Assembly: GCA_020831805.1 (NCBI GenBank)
Contig: JAFIFX010000011.1
Coordinates: 4,648 to 68,647, forward strand
Source of the DNA: Planctomycetota bacterium
Lineage (GTDB): Bacteria; Planctomycetota; Phycisphaerae; Phycisphaerales; UBA1924
Length of the DNA: 64,000 nt
Reading direction: 5' to 3'
This document shows, one piece after another, positions 35,556-44,840 of the stretch. The position numbers and the translations under genes were made by a program. The notes under the pieces were generated by a model, which saw nothing but the letters and a program-made list of their open reading frames with translations, was not told the origin of the DNA and did not search any database. Numbering within the stretch: position 1 is the first letter of the stretch; every line of letters begins with the position of its first letter.

Positions 35556-37196
35556 GTGTCACGGACGGAATCGGTCTCGAAGATCTGCACGCGCGAGGGG
35601 CTTCTGGCCCTGCGGGACGCCGCCCTGCGGGATGGGCGGCGGGTGGTGCATTGCCACGGCTGCTTCGACATCGTCCACCCGGGGCACATCCGGCACCTAC
35701 GTCAGGCTCGCCAGCTCGGGGATGTGCTCCTCATCACGATCACGGGGGACGCGGGGATCGGCAAGGGGGTCGGCAGGCCCTTGATCCCGCAGGAGTTGCG
35801 CGCCGAGAACCTGGCCGCGCTGGACTTCGTGGACTGGGTGTACATCGAGCCATCGGCGACGGCCGTGGGCCTGCTCGACGCGGTGCGGCCGGATGTGTAT
35901 GTGAAGGGGCAGGAGTACGCGACGAACCAGCACGCGGGGTTCGCCGCCGAGCGGGACGCGGTCGAGCGGCACGGGGGGCGGGTGGTGTTCACCTCGGGGG
36001 ATGTGGTGTTCAGCTCGACCGCCCTGATCGCGGGGATGGCCGAGTCGATCAACCCGGCGGACGCGCGGATCGCCGAGCTGCTGCGCCACCCGGCGCTGCT
36101 GCCCGAGCAGGTCCAGCTCCGGCTGGCGGGGTTCGCGGGCAAGAAAGCCGTGGTGGTGGGGGAGGTGATCGAGGACCGGTATGTGTTCTGCGACCCGCCG
36201 GGGGTGGCGGGCGAGAGCCCGGTGCTGGCGCTGCGTCCGATCCAGGAGCGGAGCTTCGACGGCGGGGCGGCGGTGGTGGCGCGGCACCTGGCGGCGTTGG
36301 GGGCGGAGGCGACGCTGGTGACGGCCCTGCCGCGGGATCCCGCGGTGGCGGACGCGCTGCGCGAGCGGCTGGCGGGCGAGGGGGTGCGGCTGGCGTTCGT
36401 GCACCAGGAGACGCCGGTGGCGAGCAAGCACCGGTTCATCGTGGGGCACGAGAAGGTCGTGAAGGTGGACTGGGTGCGCCAGGCGGTGCTAGACGCGCGC
36501 GAGCAGGACCGGCTGGTCGCACTGGCGGACGAGCACGCTTCGGGCTGCGACGCGGCGATCGTCACGGACTTCGGGCTCGGCCTGCTCAGCGCGGTGATGC
36601 TCGAGCGGATCACCGGCGTGCTGCGGCCGCGGGTGGGCGTGCTGGCGGGCGATGTGTCCGGGCACCGCAACCACCTGCGCGCGATGCGCCGGATGGACCT
36701 GGTGACGCCGTCGGAGAGCGAGCTGCGCGCGGCGGCGCGGATGTACGACGAGTCGCTGCCGGCGGTGGCGTGGCAGCACCTCAACGAGACCGGCTCGCGG
36801 GCGATGATCGTGACGATGGGCGCGGAGGGGCTGGTGACCTTCGAGCCGCTGGAGTCGGAAAAAACAGGGGGTCCCGACGCGGAGGCGTGGCGTTCGCGGC
36901 TGAAAAGCGAGCATGTGCCGGCGTTGTCGGGGCATGTGGTGGACGCCCTGGGCTGCGGGGATGCGCTGCTGGCGGCGGGGTGCCTGACGCTGGCGAGCGG
37001 GGGCTCGCTGCTGGAATCGGCGTTCGTGGGGGCGTTGGCCGCGTCCATTCACGGGTCTAGGATTGGCAATGTGCCCGTGGACATCGCCACGCTGCGGCGT
37101 CGGGTGGAGTCCGTGGGTGCGAGTGCGCTGAGCTTCGTGCCGGCCGATGTGCTGGCGGCGCGCGTGGTTCCGAGGGTGACGCACCTGGCTTCGTGA
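35556..37196 (+). CDS. Bifunctional cytidylyl/adenylyltransferase + PfkB-family sugar kinase; HldE/RfaE-like with reversed domain order
   Basis: N-terminal VVHCHGCFDIVHPGHIRHLRQARQLGDVLLITITGD (HxGH nucleotidyltransferase). C-terminal RfaE-domain-I-like VVVGEVIEDRYVFC..GESPVLAL..GGAAVVA and DALGCGDALLAAG. GTG at 35556 has GGAGGG 5 nt upstream; the ORF opens at 35514. Confidence 0.75.
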   Translation: MSRTESVSKICTREGLLALRDAALRDGRRVVHCHGCFDIVHPGHIRHLRQARQLGDVLLITITGDAGIGKGVGRPLIPQELRAENLAALDFVDWVYIEPSATAVGLLDAVRPDVYVKGQEYATNQHAGFAAERDAVERHGGRVVFTSGDVVFSSTALIAGMAESINPADARIAELLRHPALLPEQVQLRLAGFAGKKAVVVGEVIEDRYVFCDPPGVAGESPVLALRPIQERSFDGGAAVVARHLAALGAEATLVTALPRDPAVADALRERLAGEGVRLAFVHQETPVASKHRFIVGHEKVVKVDWVRQAVLDAREQDRLVALADEHASGCDAAIVTDFGLGLLSAVMLERITGVLRPRVGVLAGDVSGHRNHLRAMRRMDLVTPSESELRAAARMYDESLPAVAWQHLNETGSRAMIVTMGAEGLVTFEPLESEKTGGPDAEAWRSRLKSEHVPALSGHVVDALGCGDALLAAGCLTLASGGSLLESAFVGALAASIHGSRIGNVPVDIATLRRRVESVGASALSFVPADVLAARVVPRVTHLAS

Positions 37197-37242
37197 GCAT
37201 GTGCTCGCGGGGGCGGATGCGTCCTAGCCCGGATTGGGAGAC

Positions 37243-38394
37243 ATGTCAGAGAACCGGACGACGGTGTGCTTCGTGATCCCCACGAGGGATCGTTGCGATG
37301 ATCTGCGGCGGACGCTGGACGCGATCGGGCGGCTGCCGATGCCCGACGCGGAGGCGTTCGTGGTCGACAACGGCTCGGAGAACTCGGCGTTGGTGCCGGG
37401 CGGGCTGGACAACGGGATGCAGGTCCGGCTCGAGTGCCTCCCGTTCAACGAGGGCGCGGCGGCGCGCAACCGCGTGATCGGCCGGACCGACGCCGAGTGG
37501 CTGGTGATGCTCGACGACGACTCGCACCCGGTGGACGCGGGCCTGCCCGCGGCGCTGGCGGGCCTGCCCGACACGGTCGGCGCGGTCTCGGCCGACATCA
37601 CGGTCGGCCAGGCCGGCGTGCCGGCGGCGGAGTCGGGCGTGATCCGGCGCGAGCTGGGCGGGCTGCCCGAGGTGTTCATCGGCTGCGGCGTGGCGATCCG
37701 GCGGCGCGTGTTCGAGAGCCTGGGCGGGTACGACGGCGCGTTCGGCTACTACGCCGAGGAGTACGACCTGGCGGCGAAGATGATCCGCGCCGGCTACGAG
37801 ATCCGCTTCGACCCGCGCTTCCGCGTCGAGCACCGGCGCTCGATGACCGGGCGCGACACGGACCGGATCGTCGAGAACCTGGTGCGCAACAACGGCTGGG
37901 TGATGCAGCGGTACGCGCCCGAGAACATCCGCACCGCGCAGGTGCGCGAGACCCGGCGCCGGTGCCGGTTCATCGCGGAGAAAGAGTCCGCGATGGACGG
38001 GTACGCACGCGGGCTGGTCGCCCTGCGCCGCACGCTGCACGCGCAGGAGCGCACGCCGCTGTCGCCCGTGCAGTTCGACCGCTTCACGGGCATGGCGCAC
38101 GCGCGGGCCGCGATCGGCGCGGCGTACGCCGATTCCGCGTTCCGCACGGCGGCGATCGTCGACGCCGGCAAGAACGCGTGGTGCGTGCGCCGGGCGCTGG
38201 TCGAGCTGGGCGTGGAGGAGGTCGATCAGGACGAGGCCGAGACGCTGGTCATCGGCACGATGTCGCCGGGCCCGATGATCGATTCGCTGGAGCAGCGTGC
38301 TTCGTCGGGCCGGCGCGTGATCGCGCCGTGGGTCATGGCGGACGAGCTGGTCGGGCGCGTGCGTCCGGCCCGTTCCGCCCGCGTCGGGGCCTGA
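37243..38394 (+). CDS. Family 2 glycosyltransferase
   Basis: VCFVIPTRDRCDDLRRTLDAI...VVDNGSEN...MLDDDS (DxD). ATG at 37243; the ORF opens at TTG 37234. Confidence 0.8.
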   Translation: MSENRTTVCFVIPTRDRCDDLRRTLDAIGRLPMPDAEAFVVDNGSENSALVPGGLDNGMQVRLECLPFNEGAAARNRVIGRTDAEWLVMLDDDSHPVDAGLPAALAGLPDTVGAVSADITVGQAGVPAAESGVIRRELGGLPEVFIGCGVAIRRRVFESLGGYDGAFGYYAEEYDLAAKMIRAGYEIRFDPRFRVEHRRSMTGRDTDRIVENLVRNNGWVMQRYAPENIRTAQVRETRRRCRFIAEKESAMDGYARGLVALRRTLHAQERTPLSPVQFDRFTGMAHARAAIGAAYADSAFRTAAIVDAGKNAWCVRRALVELGVEEVDQDEAETLVIGTMSPGPMIDSLEQRASSGRRVIAPWVMADELVGRVRPARSARVGA

Positions 38395-38400
38395 GCGTTC

Positions 38401-39840
38401 TCAGGCAGCCCGGGCCGCGGGCAGGTCGGCGTGGCGGCCGTTGAGCGGGATGATGCGGATGCGCGCGTCGCGGAACCAGGCGGTCCGTTCCCAGAGCTGT
38501 TCCTCGCAGGACGGGGCGGTCAGGATGATCGCGTCGAGGTCGGCGGTCAGCGCGACATCGGGGCAGAGCACGGGATAGCCCCAGACCCGCTTGCCGCGCC
38601 GTGCGGGGTCGTCGTCCATGAAACCGATGATCTCGATGGGCGGCTCGCAGAGCGCATCGGCGCACCGGCGCACGAAGGATCCCGCCCCGTAGAGCGCGAC
38701 ACGCCGGAAACCCTGGGAGTGGCAGGCGATCAATGCGCGCCGGAGCCTGGCGGCGCACGGCGGGCTCTGCGCCGACCGATCGAAGCGGCCCCACGCGCCG
38801 GGGTCCTCATCGGTTGGGGCGGCCGTGTTGGGCGTGGCGGCCTCGATCGCGGCGCGTCGGGCGGCCAGCGCGTCGGTCGGGGTGTGCGCCCGCAGCACGC
38901 GGGCGCGGGCGGCCGCGCCGGTCTCGGCGAAATCCGCGGCATTCAGGCCCGACAGCCGGTCGAACACGGAGATCAGCCCGGTGATGCCCTCGCCGAGCGG
39001 GTAAACGAACGGGCTGCCGTGACCATTGACGGACTCGGCCGTGGCCGAGCCCTCGGGGGCGAAGACGGGCCGGGCGCGGGCCGCCGCGATCAGCAGATCC
39101 GGCTCGCCCGCGCCGACGGGGTCGATCAGGACGGACGCGTCGGCGATCTCCGTGTCGTCGTGGGTGCGTTCGCTCAGCGTCACGCCCGCGCAGCACACGG
39201 CCCGCTCGGACAGGCGCTGCGCGAAGGCGGCGTCCTCGATCGGCCCGGCGAACCGCAGGGTCCAGGCGCTCTCCGCGCCGCAGCCCGACGCGGCCCAGGC
39301 GTCGATCAGCTCGATGAGCCGTCGGCCCGGCCCGATCGGGGCCGCGCACAGCACCGTTTCAGATCCCGGCCCGAACGGCGCGGGCGGGGTCAGCGGCCAG
39401 GGCGCCCGGACGATGCGTGCGGCGTCGAAACCGGCCGCGGCGGCGCGCCGGGCGTGCGCCTCGGTGGGGCACAGCACGGCATCAGCGACCGGGGCCGCAT
39501 CGGCGCCGGGCGTGATCGCGTCGGCCTGCAACAGCACGGCGGCTTCCACGCCGGCGTCGTCCCGCCAGCCGCGGGCGCACCGGGCGGCGGCGTGGTCGAA
39601 GCATTCGATGGTCCATCGCCCGTCCCGGGCGAGGTGGTCCAGGGCGACCGGGGCGTCGTCGCGCCGGCGGGCCGGAATGAACCGGGCGGTCTCGGGCAGC
39701 GCCAGGTCGCCGGGCGAGCCCGGCGCGACCACGGCGACCGACCAATCGCGGGGCCCGGCGCGGTGCATGGCCCACGCCACGCAGGCGAGCCGAGCCCGTG
39801 TCTGCTCGTCCCATGACCCCGTCATCAGCACGAATCGCAT
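38401..39840 (-). CDS. Hypothetical protein, possibly glycan-biosynthesis associated
   Basis: About 480-aa ORF convergent with the GT2 gene. The C-terminal Rossmann-like segment RRVALYGAGSFVRR..IIGFMDDDPARRGKRVWGYPVL resembles the N-terminal domains of sugar transferases. Otherwise no motif. Confidence 0.45.
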   Translation of the reverse strand: MRFVLMTGSWDEQTRARLACVAWAMHRAGPRDWSVAVVAPGSPGDLALPETARFIPARRRDDAPVALDHLARDGRWTIECFDHAAARCARGWRDDAGVEAAVLLQADAITPGADAAPVADAVLCPTEAHARRAAAAGFDAARIVRAPWPLTPPAPFGPGSETVLCAAPIGPGRRLIELIDAWAASGCGAESAWTLRFAGPIEDAAFAQRLSERAVCCAGVTLSERTHDDTEIADASVLIDPVGAGEPDLLIAAARARPVFAPEGSATAESVNGHGSPFVYPLGEGITGLISVFDRLSGLNAADFAETGAAARARVLRAHTPTDALAARRAAIEAATPNTAAPTDEDPGAWGRFDRSAQSPPCAARLRRALIACHSQGFRRVALYGAGSFVRRCADALCEPPIEIIGFMDDDPARRGKRVWGYPVLCPDVALTADLDAIILTAPSCEEQLWERTAWFRDARIRIIPLNGRHADLPAARAA

Positions 39841-39975
39841 CACCCTGGGTCTCTCCGGCGGCTGCCCCCCTCGCAGGGCAAGACCGCGACTGACATCGGC
39901 CGGATCCGGGGCGGGCTGCGGGACGGCTCAGGGGAAAACATGTCATTAATTGCAAACGATCCCCGAACACCCCCC

Positions 39976-40004
39976 TCGACAAGGCGTTCGGGCTTTGGTA
40001 TCCT
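39976..40004 (+). promoter_or_regulatory. Sigma70-like promoter (TCGACA-N17-TATCCT), 7 nt upstream of the comM ATG
   Basis: TCGACA at 39976-39981, TATCCT at 39999-40004, ATG at 40012. Confidence 0.55.
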
Positions 40005-40011
40005 CCCCGCC

Positions 40012-41526
40012 ATGGTTGCCCGGATCCGTTCCTATCTGCTCGAAGGCATCGAGGCCCTGCCCTGCGAGGTGGAGGTCGACATCGACCGCGGGGATATCCA
40101 TAAGGAAACGCTGGTGGGCCTGCCCGACGCCGCGGTCCGGGAATCGCTCGAGCGGGTCAAGGCGGCGATGGGCAACTCCGGGTATCCCCCCGCCATCGGC
40201 CGGATCCTGATCAACCTGGCCCCGGCGGATGTCCGCAAGGAAGGCCCGATGTATGACCTGCCGATCGCGGTGGGGATGATGCTGGGGGTCAACGCGATCC
40301 CGCCGGGCGGGCTGGATCCGAGCCGCACGCTGTTCGCGGGCGAGTTGGCGCTGGATGGGCGGGTGCGTCCGGTGCGGGGCGCGCTGGCGATGGCGGACCT
40401 GGCGCGGTCGATGGGCATGGAGTCGGTGGTGCTGCCGGCGGAGAACGCGCCCGAGGCGGCGGTGATGAACGGCGTGGCGGTCTACGGCGTGTCGAGCCTG
40501 GCCGAGGTGGTGGGCCTGCTCAGCGGGGCGATCGACGCCGAGCCGATGCCGGTGGCGGATGTCGAGGCGATGCTGGCCACGGCTGAGCCCGAGGTGGACT
40601 TCGCGGAGGTCAAGGGCCAGGAATCGGTCAAGCGTGCGATGGTGATCGCGGCGGCGGGTCGGCACAACCTGCTGATGCTCGGCCCGGCCGGCTCGGGCAA
40701 GACGATGATGGCCAAGGCCCTGCCCGGCATCCTGCCCACGCTCTCGCCCGCCGAGGCGGTGGAGGTCACGCGGATCTATTCGGCGGCGGGGCGGCTCAAG
40801 AACGGGCAGGGGCTGATCACGACGCGCCCCGTGCGCACGCCGCACCACACGGCCAGCTCCCCGGCGGTGGTGGGGGGCGGGATCATCCCGCGGGCGGGGG
40901 AGATCTCGCTGGCGCACCACGGCGTGCTGTTCCTCGACGAGCTGGCGGAGTTCCCGCGCTCGGTGCTCGAGACGCTGCGCCAGCCGCTGGAGGACCATGT
41001 CGTGACCATCGCGCGGGCGCACAACACGGTCAAGTTTCCCGCGTCGTTCATGCTGATCGCGGCGATGAACCCGACGCCAAAGGGCGACCTGGCGCCGGGC
41101 GAGGCGGGCCGGCGCGACATGGAGCGGTACCTGTCCCGGATCAGCGGGCCGCTGCTGGACCGGATCGACATCCATGTCGAAGCGCCCGCGGTGCCGTTCT
41201 CGGAGCTGGGCAGCAAGAAGCCGGGCACGAGCACCGCCGAGCTGCGCGAGCGGGTGCTCGCCGCCCGGGAGCGCGCCCGGGCCCGCCAGGGCGAGACCCC
41301 CAACGCCCGCCTGCGCGGCAAGGAGCTGGACACCCTCGTCGAGCTCAAGCCGGGCGCCCGGACGCTGCTCGAGCAGGCGCTGTCCCAGCTCGGCCTGAGC
41401 GCCCGGGCCTACGACAAGGTCCGGCGGACCGCGCGGACCATCGCCGATGTCGAGGGGGCGGATGAGGTCCTGGCCGAGCACATCGCCGAGGCGGTGCAGT
41501 ACCGGCTGTTGGACCGAAAACTCTGA
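40012..41526 (+). CDS. comM: Mg-chelatase-like AAA+ ATPase ComM/YifB
   Basis: Lon-like N-terminal domain (VEVDI..GLPDAAVRESLERV), Walker A MLGPAGSGKTM, Walker B VLFLDELAEF, C-terminal RAYDKVRRTARTIADVEG. Confidence 0.9.
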   Translation: MVARIRSYLLEGIEALPCEVEVDIDRGDIHKETLVGLPDAAVRESLERVKAAMGNSGYPPAIGRILINLAPADVRKEGPMYDLPIAVGMMLGVNAIPPGGLDPSRTLFAGELALDGRVRPVRGALAMADLARSMGMESVVLPAENAPEAAVMNGVAVYGVSSLAEVVGLLSGAIDAEPMPVADVEAMLATAEPEVDFAEVKGQESVKRAMVIAAAGRHNLLMLGPAGSGKTMMAKALPGILPTLSPAEAVEVTRIYSAAGRLKNGQGLITTRPVRTPHHTASSPAVVGGGIIPRAGEISLAHHGVLFLDELAEFPRSVLETLRQPLEDHVVTIARAHNTVKFPASFMLIAAMNPTPKGDLAPGEAGRRDMERYLSRISGPLLDRIDIHVEAPAVPFSELGSKKPGTSTAELRERVLAARERARARQGETPNARLRGKELDTLVELKPGARTLLEQALSQLGLSARAYDKVRRTARTIADVEGADEVLAEHIAEAVQYRLLDRKL

Positions 41527-41748
41527 ATCCCTCCCGTTGGACCCCGATCGCCGGGGGGTGAGGTTTTCCCCATTTACCCCAGCCGCAGGACGCGATGCCG
41601 AATCAATCGACATCAAGATCCAGGGGTGGTTTTCCTGTCTGCGGCATCGGATGCTGGGTGTGGATGCGGAACGGGGCCCGGCCCCGGGCGATCAGCCCGC
41701 CGCGAGGAGGAGGCGTCATGTTTGCATGCCAGCAGGAAGGAGGCCGCG

Positions 41749-43062
41749 ATGATCATGCCGATCGGGACGGCCTTGGCCTGTCGATGTTCAGACGGCGTGC
41801 GTGCCGACGGGGTGGTCACCGCGTCGCGTGACGGCGTGGTGGAGGCCCGGTTCGAGGGCAAGGGCCCGTTCGAGAAGGGGTCCTGCGTCGAGATTCGGTT
41901 CGCCCATGAAGAGGATGGGCGTGTGTGGGTGGTCGGCGCGTGCGTGGAGCGTGTCGGGTCCGCCGGCGTCAGTGTGCTCGCGTTGAGCGGCGAGGCCGCG
42001 CCCGAGAACCAGCGGGCGGCGTACCGCGTGGTGACGGCCTGCGCGGATGTCTTGGCGGACATCGGACGCCAGCGTGACTGCCGCGTGCTGGATGTCAGCG
42101 AGGGCGGGCTGGCGACCGAGCTGGTCAACGCGCCGCACGCGGGCACGGTCTGCGAGATCAAGCTGCGCGCTTTCGGGCGTACGGTTCAGGGCCGGTTCGT
42201 CCTGCGCCACGCCCGGCCGGCGCGGCTGTGCCCCGGCGGCGAGGTGTCGCGGTGCGGTCTGCAGGTGGCCGGCGGGCAGCCGGAACTGACCCGCGCGATG
42301 CGCGAGCTGGTCATGGAAGCCCAGCGCGCCCAGCTGCGCAACCGCTCGCGACTGACCGGTCGCACGCGGGCCGCGACCGCCGCCGATGCGCCGTCGAACG
42401 CGGGGGCGACGGCCGAGCGGACGCCGCCCGACGGATCGCCCGCTCCGGCTGGCGATCAGCCCGAATCCAAACAGCCCTCGACGCCGGGCGACATCGGCTC
42501 GCTGCTGGTGCGCCTGATGCTGGACCAGATCATCGGCAAGCCCATGCCGTTCTCGCTGCGCGACCGGGAGGGGCGGATCGTGGTCGGCCGGGGCGAGGTG
42601 ATCGACGCGCAGGCCGCCGCCCGCATCGCGACGAGCGATCTGGAGATCTGCGAGGACTGGTTCGCCCCGGACCCGAAGGCGAAGGGCGCCGAACGACGCC
42701 TGTGCGAGCGTCGGGCGTGCCACGCCGAGGTGCGTGTGTGGCTGATCGAGCCGGACGGCGCCCGGTCGGTCCGCGCCGAGATGGTTGACATCTCCCGCGG
42801 CGGGGCCGGCGTGCGCACGCAGGGCGTGGCGCACCGCGGCGAGGTCGTGGTGGTGCAGTTCGGCTCGGGGCCGATCGGCGGCTGGATCGTGGCCCGCGTC
42901 GAGAGTTCGGTGGTCACGCCGGACTCGGCGATCTCGCGGCTGGGCCTGCGGTTCATGCAGTCGTGCGTGCAGCACACGCCGATGCCGCCGCCCGCGGACA
43001 TGCGGCGCATCGTCGAGCCGTTCCGCGGCACGGAACGCCAGCGCCGCGTGCAGTCGGCCTGA
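41749..43062 (+). CDS. Multi-PilZ-domain protein (putative c-di-GMP effector)
   Basis: Two canonical motif sets: QRAAYR...DVSEGG and ERRLCERR...DISRGG. A PilZ-like N-terminal barrel is also present. ATG with AGGAAGGAGG upstream. Confidence 0.7.
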   Translation: MIMPIGTALACRCSDGVRADGVVTASRDGVVEARFEGKGPFEKGSCVEIRFAHEEDGRVWVVGACVERVGSAGVSVLALSGEAAPENQRAAYRVVTACADVLADIGRQRDCRVLDVSEGGLATELVNAPHAGTVCEIKLRAFGRTVQGRFVLRHARPARLCPGGEVSRCGLQVAGGQPELTRAMRELVMEAQRAQLRNRSRLTGRTRAATAADAPSNAGATAERTPPDGSPAPAGDQPESKQPSTPGDIGSLLVRLMLDQIIGKPMPFSLRDREGRIVVGRGEVIDAQAAARIATSDLEICEDWFAPDPKAKGAERRLCERRACHAEVRVWLIEPDGARSVRAEMVDISRGGAGVRTQGVAHRGEVVVVQFGSGPIGGWIVARVESSVVTPDSAISRLGLRFMQSCVQHTPMPPPADMRRIVEPFRGTERQRRVQSA

Positions 43063-43100
43063 GCCGGGAAGCCCCCTGCCCCGTCGGGTATGCTGGGGCC

Positions 43101-43559
43101 GTGAACGAGGCCGAACGACTCGCCGGGTATCTCAAGGGACGCGACGCGCCGTGCCCGGGCTGCGGGTACAACCTGCGCGACCTGATAGGCGAGACCTGCC
43201 CCGAGTGCGCCGAGACGCTCTCGGTGGTGAAGATCATTTACAACGCGCCGCGGGCGTCCGTGGCAAGCATGATCGTTGGATACCTGGGGCTCGCGGCCGG
43301 GTCGGGCGTACTCGTGGCCCTCTGGCCGCGTGTGATGACGCTGGATGTCAGGCCTTGGGGTCGACCGACATGGGACGACCTCCGGCTCCTAGCGATCATC
43401 GGGGCCACGCTGGGCATGGTGGTCGTGATCATCAAATGGAACGACTGGTCTGAGGAGATGACCCGCCGATCGGCCCGGTTCCGCTGGTCCTGGGCGGCGG
43501 CGTGTTTTCTGACCGTGCCGCTCGTGTGGCTGGTCGGGCGGTTGGTGGGGCGTTGGTGA
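43101..43559 (+). CDS. Membrane protein with N-terminal CxxC...CPEC zinc ribbon
   Basis: GTG start with TATGCT 6 nt upstream. PCPGCGYNLRDLIGETCPECAE is followed by 3-4 hydrophobic helices. Confidence 0.6.
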   Translation: MNEAERLAGYLKGRDAPCPGCGYNLRDLIGETCPECAETLSVVKIIYNAPRASVASMIVGYLGLAAGSGVLVALWPRVMTLDVRPWGRPTWDDLRLLAIIGATLGMVVVIIKWNDWSEEMTRRSARFRWSWAAACFLTVPLVWLVGRLVGRW

Positions 43560-43570
43560 AGGGAGTCGCG

Positions 43571-44668
43571 ATGATGCGGAGGGCTTGGCCGGTGCTGGTG
43601 GTCTGGTTCGTGTTGGCGCTCACGCCCGCGGCCGCGCAGGACGGCGTGCGCTGGGTCGATGCATCCGCGCTGGAACTGCAGGGCCGCGGGTTCGACGACG
43701 CCGAGGGCTACCGGCGTCTGCCCGAGCGGTTCCGCGAGCGGATCCCTGAGCGGGTGTGGGAACTCTCGGGCAACTCTGCCGGGTTGGTGGTGCGGTTCGC
43801 CACCGACGCGACGGAGGTGCGGACGCGGTGGACGACGGGCCCGCTGCTGATGAACAACCTCTCGCCGCTGGCGGTGCGGGGGCTGGACCTGTACACGCTG
43901 GGCGCGTCGGGCTGGTCGTACCTGGGCACGGCCCGGCCGAAGGTCTGGGGTGGCGGCACGGAGCACGAATACACCATCGTGTCCGGGTTGTCCCGGCCGC
44001 ACGGGCTGCGGGAGATGGCGTTGTACCTGCCGCTGTACGAATCGGTGGGGGCGATCGAGATCGGCGTGCCCGAGGGTTCGGTGCTGGAGCGGCCGCGGGC
44101 CGCGGGGTTCGCGGGGCCGCCGGTGGTGGTCTACGGGACGAGCATCACCCAAGGCGCCAGCGCCAGCCGGCCCGGGCTGGCGTTCCCGGCGATTTTGGGG
44201 CGGATGCTGGGGCGTGAGGTGATCAATCTCGGCTTCAGCGCCACCGGGCGGCTCGACCCGGGCATCGGCGAGGCGATGGCGGAGATCGATGCCGCGGTCT
44301 ACATCCTCGACTGCCAGCCCAACCTGCGGGCCGACGAGATCGAACAGCGGACGGTGGATTTCGTGACCGCGCTGCGCGAGCGCCGGCCCGGCGTGCCGAT
44401 CGTGCTCGTGGACAACATCCTCTACCCCGGCACGGCGGACCGGCCCGACCTGAAGCGGACGCTGGACGAGAAACGGGCGGCGCTGCGCCGGGCGGTGTCG
44501 CGGCTCGGGCCGGAGGCGGTCACGCTGGTGGCGATCGAGGCGGACGAGCGTGCGGGCGAGGATGAGTCTGCCGACGGCATCCACCCGACGGATGAGGGCA
44601 TGCGACGGCATGCGTCGAGGCTGTGGGAGGTGGTGGCGCCGCTGCTCGAAGCCGGGGCGGCGCCCTGA
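43571..44668 (+). CDS. Secreted SGNH/GDSL-family hydrolase
   Basis: Signal peptide MMRRAWPVLVVWFVLALTPAAAQ, block I VVVYGTSITQGASAS, block V ADGIHPTDEG. Confidence 0.75.
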   Translation: MMRRAWPVLVVWFVLALTPAAAQDGVRWVDASALELQGRGFDDAEGYRRLPERFRERIPERVWELSGNSAGLVVRFATDATEVRTRWTTGPLLMNNLSPLAVRGLDLYTLGASGWSYLGTARPKVWGGGTEHEYTIVSGLSRPHGLREMALYLPLYESVGAIEIGVPEGSVLERPRAAGFAGPPVVVYGTSITQGASASRPGLAFPAILGRMLGREVINLGFSATGRLDPGIGEAMAEIDAAVYILDCQPNLRADEIEQRTVDFVTALRERRPGVPIVLVDNILYPGTADRPDLKRTLDEKRAALRRAVSRLGPEAVTLVAIEADERAGEDESADGIHPTDEGMRRHASRLWEVVAPLLEAGAAP

Positions 44669-44840
44669 GCGGTCCGGCGTTTCCTCAGCCGGCACCGGGT
44701 CGAGGGGGGGGTTCTGCGATGATCCCGGCGTGCTGGAAGGCGGCTGACGGGCCGCGCGAAATGGGGTGATCATCGGTGTGCGTGCGGGGCGTCCGCGGTT
44801 CGGGTATGCTCGCGTCCGGACCCAAAAAGGAGCCTGATTC

